A model generated the notes under the pieces. The model saw nothing but the letters and a program-made list of their open reading frames with translations, was not told the DNA's origin and searched no databases. A stretch of DNA of 42,440 nucleotides from Coriobacteriales bacterium (lineage in GTDB: Bacteria > Actinomycetota > Coriobacteriia > Coriobacteriales > UBA8131). Location of the stretch: contig JAIRZP010000003.1 in the NCBI GenBank assembly GCA_031267175.1, positions 1 to 42,440 on the forward strand, written 5' to 3'. This document shows, one piece after another, positions 1 to 6,624 of the stretch; positions within the stretch are counted from its first letter, which is position 1; each line of letters begins with the position of its first letter. Made by a program: the position numbers and the translations under genes.

Positions 1-1067
1 CTCCAATACTCAATCATTGGAGCAAGGGACAGGACTTCTGATACCGGAGAGAAGAACAATTGCGTTGGAGCTTCGTCATCAGTGTAATTAATATCGGTTT
101 CATAATCTGGGTACAAACGTTTCTCGGAGAACCCACGAAGAAGTTTTTCTGGTATTAACTGCATGATTGTGGTCTTAAAATCAAGCAGTCTGTCTAGTTC
201 TCGAGGCGATACAAGCAACCCATATTCATTTATCTGATCTAAAAACGTCATGTCCGGGTTTTCAATTAAGCACAGACTGCTGGGCACCAGTCTTATTACA
301 AGTGTTGAGTCTGTCGCCTCAATAAATGAACCCAGCTTCACAAGCGGCTTTGATTCAAACTCTGAAGCTCCAGAGAACTCCGCAACAACAGACACAGCTA
401 AAAGCCCAATTTGAACCTGGGTTCTAAGTTTTACAATATTGTAATCTGGATTGATTTTAATCAGGTTTGCAGTTTCTCCGGCTGCTTGTGTCTGCGGGAG
501 AAAGCTAGCAAGCAGCTTTATCAAAGCCTCTTGGCAATACCCAAAATTCTCATCACCCTTATCTGACCACTTTGGATGGCCTATTCCGTTAGGGCGCGCT
601 ATTGGTGTGGCTCCCACTGACCCTTTAGTTGACATTATAAGATAATCAGCGAATAAAGAGATAGCATCCCGGCATACTTGGTTTCTGAATGCTGAAGAAG
701 TGGTGGTGTCGCAAGAGTATGCCAAAGAAATATCAGAAGCTAGATCAAATTTCCTCTGTCGAATTCCTAGTGCACAGTTTTCCCTTGATGTGTTGAGCAT
801 CATGTGAATAATCGATGCCCACCCATTTGCACTAGTATCGCATCTTCTGCTTGTGCTGCCAAGAACTAGGCTTGCTGACTCACTGAATCGATCTATGCTT
901 CTAACTAACTCATCAACATATCTATACTTCGTTAAGTCAGTATTCAATAGACTAATGACTTGGTGCAGAGAGGGGTAAGCATCAAGAGAGTTTTTTCCAT
1001 AGAGCCCTGTATGCTTGCTTAGACTATGCAGCTCAGTAATTACGGCGCTTTTCTCTATGCTAGTCAC
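1..1067 (-). CDS. Hypothetical protein, 3' end beyond the left window edge (at least 355 codons)
   Basis: I reverse-complemented 1-1080 by hand. One frame is open for all 355 codons from GTG at 1067-1065 to position 1, which is significant because this DNA is AT-rich. The ORF is absent from the supplied track, presumably because it has no in-window stop. AAGGA lies about 11 nt upstream of the GTG. No domain recognised, and the start is uncertain. Confidence 0.55.
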   Translation of the reverse strand, partial: MTSIEKSAVITELHSLSKHTGLYGKNSLDAYPSLHQVISLLNTDLTKYRYVDELVRSIDRFSESASLVLGSTSRRCDTSANGWASIIHMMLNTSRENCALGIRQRKFDLASDISLAYSCDTTTSSAFRNQVCRDAISLFADYLIMSTKGSVGATPIARPNGIGHPKWSDKGDENFGYCQEALIKLLASFLPQTQAAGETANLIKINPDYNIVKLRTQVQIGLLAVSVVAEFSGASEFESKPLVKLGSFIEATDSTLVIRLVPSSLCLIENPDMTFLDQINEYGLLVSPRELDRLLDFKTTIMQLIPEKLLRGFSEKRLYPDYETDINYTDDEAPTQLFFSPVSEVLSLAPMIEYW

Positions 1068-1872
1068 AGTCTTCTGGTTCCTTTTTCGAAATATCCTAGT
1101 GTTTTACACAGCCTTATCAGTTGTTTATCAACGTTTGTTGTAGGTAATTCTATCAGATTAATTTGGCTACCAACTCATGACAAATGCCAGATATAGGCAA
1201 ATGTCACCAAGCCTTGTTTTTTGTCATTATTAGGCAATCCGCTGTCATTCTTTTTTATATATGAATTTGTGCTACTAAGCATAATGCAGCGCCTTTAGCA
1301 GGGAAAACACATGCTTTTTTCGCTGAAAAGAACACACTTGTCTTGGCTTTTGCCACTACTAAAGTGTGGAATACGAAATCAGACAAGAGTACAAAAGGTA
1401 CTCGGACAAGATTCGTGGAAGCACCTTGAAAGCAAGACTCATAGGAAGGAGAACGGTAATGGTCAGTTTGAGCAAGCACACCTGCAGAGCATGTGATTGA
1501 CGCGGCTGGAGCTCTCACAATTCTACGACGACAGATATTTTTTGTGTCTGTGAACGAGAGCTCGCTCACATCACATCAACTTGCAGGAACTGGAAGGCAC
1601 GTCGATTTCCAAAGCTGGGCGCGGCTCTATGTGCAAGCCGTGCGTCAGCGAAATTCGATTTGTACGTCTAGTCAGGTGGCCTAGGGCTGCGCAACACAGT
1701 CCCAGGCGACAGCAAGAAGCAAGGTCGAAACACAGTAAGGAGGTGAGATGCCATGCGCCCACTCCCAGAGGAACTCCCCAGCGGTGATCTGATCGTTTTG
1801 AGGCACAACGACTGGGTTTACTGAGCAAGAGAGTTTGTCCGAAAAGCAAGTAATGATACGAGGAGGTGTGAT

Positions 1873-1959
1873 ATGTGCAGCAAGGCCCACAAGGGCAAGA
1901 CGTGTTCGAAGTGTGGGGCGTTTGAAGGCGGTGGCTGCTCGGAGTGCAATGGATGGTAA
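1873..1959 (+). CDS. Cys-rich micro-protein, 28 aa (MCSKAHKGKTCSKCGAFEGGGCSECNGW), two CxxC knuckles
   Basis: ATG at 1873 is preceded by AGGAGG (1861-1866) at 6-nt spacing. The stop TAA is at 1957-1959. It contains CSKC and CSEC motifs and lies directly upstream of a larger zinc-finger ORF. Confidence 0.4.
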   Translation: MCSKAHKGKTCSKCGAFEGGGCSECNGW

Positions 1960-2060
1960 GCCCTAGGTCCTGAGCAGGACATTAAAAGGCTCAGTCCTAT
2001 CAAGTGTATTTGTAAGTTGGAAGCGCTGGCATGGAGCCAGCAAAACGAAAGGAGTATGAA

Positions 2061-2216
2061 ATGAGTGACAAGCGTTGTGTGGTGTGTGATGGCAACGGCA
2101 AGTGTGTGAGCTGCGAGGGTTCCGGCAGGAATCACCTCAATGCTCCCTGTGGTGGGTGCGGTGGTTCTGGAACGTGCCCTCGCTGCAAGGGCAGGGGTCG
2201 TGACCCCCAGAAGTAG
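2061..2216 (+). CDS. Free-standing DnaJ-type cysteine-rich zinc-finger protein, 51 aa (four CxxCxGxG motifs)
   Basis: AAGGAG sits 6 nt upstream of ATG 2061, so the track start at 2031 is less likely. The motifs CVVCDGNG, CVSCEGSG, CGGCGGSG and CPRCKGRG match the CxxCxGxG x4 signature of the DnaJ CR domain. Confidence 0.65.
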   Translation: MSDKRCVVCDGNGKCVSCEGSGRNHLNAPCGGCGGSGTCPRCKGRGRDPQK

Positions 2217-2271
2217 GGTTGTTAAGGCAAACCGCCAGCATTCAAGCTGGTATGACCGAAAGGAGAAAGAA

Positions 2272-2727
2272 ATGAGCACTTTTGCTTTGACCAACAACAA
2301 CGAGAAGGAGGACATCATGCAGGAGAAGGAGTATGACCAGAAGATGGTCGCCAGCACGGACACGGTAGTGGACAAGTCCAAGCTCACGAATCCGTGGGCG
2401 CGTAAGAACAGCGAGAAGGAGGACATCGTGAACGACAAGAAGTACGACCAGAAATTGGTGCCCGGCACCTTTGGCGGCGGAGTCCAAAGCCAGCGTCTGA
2501 CGCCGGGCACGTTCCGAGGCGGCGTGCAGTCTCAGCGTTTGACTCCCGGTACCTTCCGGGGTGGCATCCAGAGCCAACGCCTCACCCCTGGAACCTTCCG
2601 AGGCGGTGTGCAGAGCCAGCGCCTGACCCCAGGCACCTTCCGTGGAGGGGTACAGAGCCAGCGTCTGACGCCGGGCACTTTCCGCACCATCACCCTTACG
2701 GCTGGCCAGCTCCTCAAGCGCTACTGA
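2272..2727 (+). CDS. Tandem-repeat protein, 151 aa: duplicated EKEDI..YDQK leader followed by about 5.6 copies of a 14-aa unit QRLTPGTFRGG(V/I)QS
   Basis: AGGAG (2261-2265) sits 6 nt upstream of ATG 2272. The track's 2140 start overlaps the preceding ORF and has no SD. The repeats are in frame, and synonymous variation between copies argues for real coding. Confidence 0.75.
   Translation: MSTFALTNNNEKEDIMQEKEYDQKMVASTDTVVDKSKLTNPWARKNSEKEDIVNDKKYDQKLVPGTFGGGVQSQRLTPGTFRGGVQSQRLTPGTFRGGIQSQRLTPGTFRGGVQSQRLTPGTFRGGVQSQRLTPGTFRTITLTAGQLLKRY
2449..2685 (+). repeat. 42-bp (14-codon) in-frame tandem repeat array: one degenerate, four full and one truncated copy
   Basis: Unit starts are at 2449, 2491, 2533, 2575, 2617 and 2659, an exact 42-nt period. 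The peptide is nearly invariant while codons differ (Pro as ccg/ccc/cct/cca; Arg as cga/cgg/cgt/cgc). Confidence 0.95.
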
Positions 2728-2739
2728 TGCGCAGGGCTG

Positions 2740-2774
2740 TGGCGGCGCTCCGAGGATCAGTCGGAGCGCCGCCA
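2740..2774 (+). terminator. Strong GC-rich hairpin just after the repeat-protein stop codon; candidate attenuator or mRNA-stabilising stem-loop, with no U-tract
   Basis: tGGCGGCGCTCCGA (2740-2753), loop ggatcag, then TCGGAGCGCCGCCa (2761-2774). This is a perfect 14-bp stem starting 13 nt after the TGA at 2725-2727. Confidence 0.5.
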
Positions 2775-2847
2775 GTACGGCCGCCAAGCAATTCACGCGA
2801 AGGGCAAGCAGCAATACGGCCATCAATTTTGGAAGGAGGGAGCGAGG

Positions 2848-3282
2848 GTGTCAAGCATGACAGGCTGGTTGAACCGGAACTTCCCGGGTATCGCCAACAA
2901 GATCGGCTACTGCAAGCGTGTGTTTCAACCGCGAAGCGGGACGCTTGGTGCCACGCAGGGAGTGCATATGGATTACTACGGAAACATACCCGCCGATGCG
3001 GACGAGGAAGACATCTACGCAACCGAGGACGGCTACATGGAGGTAGCGTTCTGGTACCACCGCCTTGGCGAAGGCAACTGGAGGGTCTACATCCTTTCAG
3101 ACATCAACTATCACGGACGGGATTCTGGATCACATCCATCTCACCGCTATCACGACAGCACCTTGAATATGCACTACATCTGTTACGACCAGACAATCCG
3201 CACGAAGGCCGAGGCCAAGAACGTCTCAGCCGACTGGGCAGACCTTACCGCCCACTATATCCAGACAGGCACACCGTTCTAG
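2848..3282 (+). CDS. Small conserved-pair protein A (144 aa from GTG 2848, or 104 aa from ATG 2968); the Cys-containing paralog
   Basis: GGAAGGAGGG lies upstream of GTG 2848, and third-codon positions are G/C-rich from 2848 on. An alternative SD, AGGGAG, sits 6 nt before ATG 2968, where similarity to the next gene begins. Contains HPSHRYHDSTLNMHYICYD. The C-terminus VSADWADLTAHYIQTGT is shared with the next gene. Confidence 0.7.
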   Translation: MSSMTGWLNRNFPGIANKIGYCKRVFQPRSGTLGATQGVHMDYYGNIPADADEEDIYATEDGYMEVAFWYHRLGEGNWRVYILSDINYHGRDSGSHPSHRYHDSTLNMHYICYDQTIRTKAEAKNVSADWADLTAHYIQTGTPF

Positions 3283-3308
3283 TATCAACCAAGAGAAGGG
3301 AGTTATTG

Positions 3309-3632
3309 ATGAACATAGTTGAAGCTTCAAGCAGGGGCATACCCGCTGATGTGGACGAGACCGACGTCTACATGACCGAGGATGGCTACATCGCAATCGA
3401 GTTCTGGTACCACAGGATGCAGGACAACACCTGGAGGGTTTACATCATGTCCGACATCGACTATCACGGCAGGGATGTCAGCTCCAGTGTGTCACACACC
3501 CATTCTGATGACGGCAATGGGTACAAACACATTTCCTATGAGGCCGTCCAGGACAAGAAGACTGCCAAGGCTGTATCGGCCGACTGGGCAGACCTTACCG
3601 CCCACTATATCCAGACTGGCACAAGGTTTTAG
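3309..3632 (+). CDS. Small conserved-pair protein B (107 aa); Cys-less paralog of the preceding gene
   Basis: AAGGGAG lies upstream of ATG 3309. The protein aligns with protein A (IPADxDExDxYxTEDGY, FWYHR, WRVYIxSDIxYHGRD, VSADWADLTAHYIQTGT). The position equivalent to the Cys reads HISY. Confidence 0.75.
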   Translation: MNIVEASSRGIPADVDETDVYMTEDGYIAIEFWYHRMQDNTWRVYIMSDIDYHGRDVSSSVSHTHSDDGNGYKHISYEAVQDKKTAKAVSADWADLTAHYIQTGTRF

Positions 3633-3660
3633 AAACCTATCGAGAAAAGGAGACAATACC

Positions 3661-5277
3661 ATGAAGAGAGCAAAAGCAGGTAAGCAGAGCATCAATGCGA
3701 GGCACGTCACAGTGCACAACCGCTTCGGAGCAGCATGGTTGTGCATCACCGGCAGGGACATTGCATGGAAGAATGTTGAGCCCAAGATCATTCCTTTCGT
3801 CTTTCAGGATGCCGAAATCCTGTCGTCCGCTGGGCGAGCATCAACCGCAGGTAAGGCACCTCAAACCCTTTATACGGAGCCGATTCAGATAACTCATGAG
3901 GTCTACTCCATGATCAAGAACACCGTGGGAACGTTCCGTCCTGAGACCGGCATGATGCTTGGTACCAGCGACGGACAGGTAATCGACCATTGCTACTTCG
4001 ATGAAAACGCTCAAGTGAGCGGCGGCGAGTACAACCCGAACATTGACCATCTCAACGATATTGTCCTCCCGACGTGGAACTCCCGTGGCATCAGCATGGT
4101 GGGCTTCGTCCACTCCCACCCCTGTGGCTACTGCACCCCCAGTCCATGGGACATTCAGTACGCAGGAGAGTTACTCAGCATTCTGCCGGGTCTGTCCAAG
4201 TTCGTCATACCAATCGTCCAGAGCCGCGCCACCGGGCAGTTCAGCATCCAGTTCTACTGTGTGCGCCGCTCGCTCTCGAACGCGTCATTCGTGGAGCCAT
4301 GCAAGCACAAGATCATCTTCAGGAACAGGACAGATGAGGATGATGCCGTGACGAATGCCATGGCACTGCGCACCGGCGAGGTCTACCCCCGTGACGTGAT
4401 GGCCACGAAGACCGTCGTTGTCGTTGGCTGTGGTGGCTCCGGCGAGTATGTCGAGTACCTCGCCCGCTGCGGTGTCGGCAGGATAATCCTCATCGATGGG
4501 GATAAGTATGAGCGCTCGAACATCGAGACGCAGAAGGCATATACCGATGAGATTGGCGTGCCAAAGCCGTTCGCCCTTGCCACCCGCGTGGCAAGGATTG
4601 ATCCGGACATCGAGGTAGTGGCCGTACCCCACAATCTCGACAACGACTTTGAGGACGACGTGTTCGCAGCGCTGATTGGCCAAGACATCCTGACGGATCG
4701 ACCAAAGGACGTCCTGATTGCAGGCTGCACTGACGACTTCTATGCCCAGATGCGCACTGCCCGTCTGGCGTTGAACCTCAGCTGCCCCTATGTGGCAACC
4801 CAGATCTATGCCAGGGGAGACGGAGCCGAGGTCATATTCACCTACCCCGGTGTCACGGCTTCCTGCCCGCGCTGTATGCTCGGAAGCCGTTATGACGCAT
4901 ACCTTGAGGAAGGCTTTGTCAACGACACCACATCGGCGCAGGCACCGCTCTTCTGCACCCAGCGCGCCAATGCCACAGTGGGCTTCATCAGCTCAATGCT
5001 ACTGCTATACGGCTGTGCGCCAACAAGCCGCTTCAACGACGAGCTGGATAAGGTGAAGAACCGCAACTTCGTGCTTATCCGCATGAGGGACAGCTTCGAT
5101 GCGCCGCCCTTCGACGGCGGATTCGCCGAGAGCGGTTACACCTACTATGACGACACCGCATGGGTGATGCAGGTGCCTGATGACGGTCTGGATGGCCGAC
5201 CGCGCTGCCCAGACTGCCATGGCCATGGAAACCTTCTGGCACTTAAGGGTATGTGCCGGGATACACGCAAGCTCTAG
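3661..5277 (+). CDS. JAB/MPN(JAMM) metalloisopeptidase fused to a ThiF/MoeB/E1-like adenylyltransferase (538 aa)
   Basis: AAAGGAG sits 8 nt upstream of ATG 3661; the track's 3382 start overlaps the previous gene out of frame. JAMM motif HSHPCGYCTPSPWD, i.e. HxHx7Sx2D (4111-4152), with an upstream Glu in RPETGMMLG. E1 Rossmann motif VVVVGCGGSGEYVEYLARCGVGRIILIDGDKYERSNIETQ (GxGxxG at 4426-4443). Also the CTDD motif and paired CPRC and CPDC zinc motifs, as in ThiF/MoeB. Confidence 0.85.
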   Translation: MKRAKAGKQSINARHVTVHNRFGAAWLCITGRDIAWKNVEPKIIPFVFQDAEILSSAGRASTAGKAPQTLYTEPIQITHEVYSMIKNTVGTFRPETGMMLGTSDGQVIDHCYFDENAQVSGGEYNPNIDHLNDIVLPTWNSRGISMVGFVHSHPCGYCTPSPWDIQYAGELLSILPGLSKFVIPIVQSRATGQFSIQFYCVRRSLSNASFVEPCKHKIIFRNRTDEDDAVTNAMALRTGEVYPRDVMATKTVVVVGCGGSGEYVEYLARCGVGRIILIDGDKYERSNIETQKAYTDEIGVPKPFALATRVARIDPDIEVVAVPHNLDNDFEDDVFAALIGQDILTDRPKDVLIAGCTDDFYAQMRTARLALNLSCPYVATQIYARGDGAEVIFTYPGVTASCPRCMLGSRYDAYLEEGFVNDTTSAQAPLFCTQRANATVGFISSMLLLYGCAPTSRFNDELDKVKNRNFVLIRMRDSFDAPPFDGGFAESGYTYYDDTAWVMQVPDDGLDGRPRCPDCHGHGNLLALKGMCRDTRKL

Positions 5278-5292
5278 AGAAAGGGGATCGAA

Positions 5293-6615
5293 ATGTTGAT
5301 GAACGAGATGAGGCCGCTGGTAGGGCCGACCGTACGAGAGGCAGGGGCATCCAACAGCTGCGTTGCCCTGACATTCGACCTGCCGCCCACATGCGAACCA
5401 GCAGTCTGCCAATTCGGCTTTGAGAAACACGGCAATACGGGATTGGTCATGATTGAGGAAGGCGTCACCTACCACGGCAATAACCCCGAGTTCCGCGCCT
5501 TCGTCGAGGAGGGTACCTACTCCTATGCCAGCGAGGCCGATCTGCGCAGGTTCTTGGACGTACTCGATGCAGTCGTGGCCGCAGAGGGCATGGCTGCGGA
5601 AAACCGGGAAGAACGAGAGGGCAACCCAGGTGACGCTGACCAGGAGGCTCGTGGCGCTCAACTGGAGGTCATAAGGCTCTTTGATGAGGATGTGTTCAGG
5701 GTGTCCATGGGCGAGGACATCAGGGGCCAGGGCGAGGCCATAGAAGCCATTTTGCCGCTGCTGTCCACCGCAGTCAGGAAGCATCTCTCAAGCAGACCCT
5801 TGGTGGTCGTCCTTGCTGGGGAGACCAGCATCGGCAAGACCTCGTTTGCTGTCAAACTGGCCGAGGCAATCAATGCGGCCACCGGCGCTGAGTTCGGTAC
5901 CATCAGAATCGACATGAACCAACTTGGTGAGCGCCATGCCACCAGCCGCTTCTGGGGTCCACCTCCTGGATACGTCGGCTATGACCAGCCCACGGTGTTC
6001 GACCAGCTGCTGGAGAACCCCCGCCAGGTCATAGTCTGCGACGAGATGGAGAAGGGTGACCCCTTCATCATGAACGCATTGATGAACGCCATGGCAAGCG
6101 GGCGCATGGAAAGCTCCCGCATGCGCGAGGACGGCCGGGGCGAGTTCGACTTCTCCAAGAGCATCATGGTTTTCACCACAAACGTCGCCTTGGATGTCGA
6201 GGCCGACGCCACGCAGCGCGACATGACCCATGCCTGCAAGCAGCAGCTGCGCGACTACCACGCAAACGGCTACAGCTTCTCGCCAGAGATAGTCAACCGC
6301 TTCTCGGAGGTTATCGTCTTCAAGCCGATATCTGATGACGTGAAGCGTGAGATAGCCGAACTGTCCATTGTACGGCTTGCCCGTCAGTTCGAACTTGTCG
6401 TGGAGCATGTGGATGCAGATCTGCTCACGGCCTTTGCGGAGCGCTGCATCGCCGAGGAGGGCGTCCGGGAATTCGAGTACGAGGCGGAGCGTGTTTTCGG
6501 CGTTGCGATGGCCAACTACGACCAGGAAGCAGAAGGGCATACAGTCGCTGTGACCGGCACGATTGACGATCCCGTTGTCGAGCGTGCCGATGGTGCTGAG
6601 GTCCCAAATGGGTAA
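5293..6615 (+). CDS. AAA+ ATPase resembling the second nucleotide-binding domain (D2) of ClpA/ClpB, with a unique N-terminal region of about 170 aa
   Basis: GQGEAIEAI..., Walker A GETSIGKT (5818-5841), IRIDMNQLGERHATSRFWGPPPGYVGYDQ, Walker B VIVCDEMEK, MASGRMES...GRGEFDF, VFTTN and SPEIVNRFSEVIVFKPIS. These track the ClpB D2 consensus (IRIDMSEY..H.VSRLIGAPPGYVGY, DEIEKAH, DDGRLTD..GR.VDF, PEFLNRID). Confidence 0.85.
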   Translation: MLMNEMRPLVGPTVREAGASNSCVALTFDLPPTCEPAVCQFGFEKHGNTGLVMIEEGVTYHGNNPEFRAFVEEGTYSYASEADLRRFLDVLDAVVAAEGMAAENREEREGNPGDADQEARGAQLEVIRLFDEDVFRVSMGEDIRGQGEAIEAILPLLSTAVRKHLSSRPLVVVLAGETSIGKTSFAVKLAEAINAATGAEFGTIRIDMNQLGERHATSRFWGPPPGYVGYDQPTVFDQLLENPRQVIVCDEMEKGDPFIMNALMNAMASGRMESSRMREDGRGEFDFSKSIMVFTTNVALDVEADATQRDMTHACKQQLRDYHANGYSFSPEIVNRFSEVIVFKPISDDVKREIAELSIVRLARQFELVVEHVDADLLTAFAERCIAEEGVREFEYEAERVFGVAMANYDQEAEGHTVAVTGTIDDPVVERADGAEVPNG

Positions 6616-6624
6616 GTGGACTGC

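Noticed and set aside
1255-1569. A 104-aa minus-strand ORF and small plus-strand ORFs lie in the 800-bp leader.
   Set aside because: They have no convincing SD or motif, and the region is better explained as a leader/regulatory region containing SD-led micro-ORFs. I also looked for a sigma70-type promoter (a TAGGCA..TATATA candidate near 1231-1261), but the spacing of about 19 nt is poor, so I do not call one.
2449-2685. The regular 42-bp repeats could be mistaken for a CRISPR array or a non-coding satellite.
   Set aside because: The repeats are directly tandem with no spacers. They are in frame within an SD-led ORF, and they vary mainly at synonymous positions, so they encode a repeated peptide.
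1818-2826. Long minus-strand ORFs (1818-2510, 2242-2826, 2532-2717) lie opposite the zinc-finger and repeat-protein genes.
   Set aside because: Their translations are low-complexity and mirror the repeats. They have no SD, and they are antisense to ORFs with strong SD sites and recognisable motifs. This is a typical GC-rich shadow-frame artefact.
2727-3660. Track ORF 2727-3632 (301 aa) and the 3382 start of the 631-aa ORF appear as long N-terminal extensions.
   Set aside because: The upstream parts are Arg/Pro/Gly-rich shadow frames that overlap better-supported genes. Internal ATGs at 3309 and 3661 have canonical SD sites and coincide with the onset of paralog or domain similarity.
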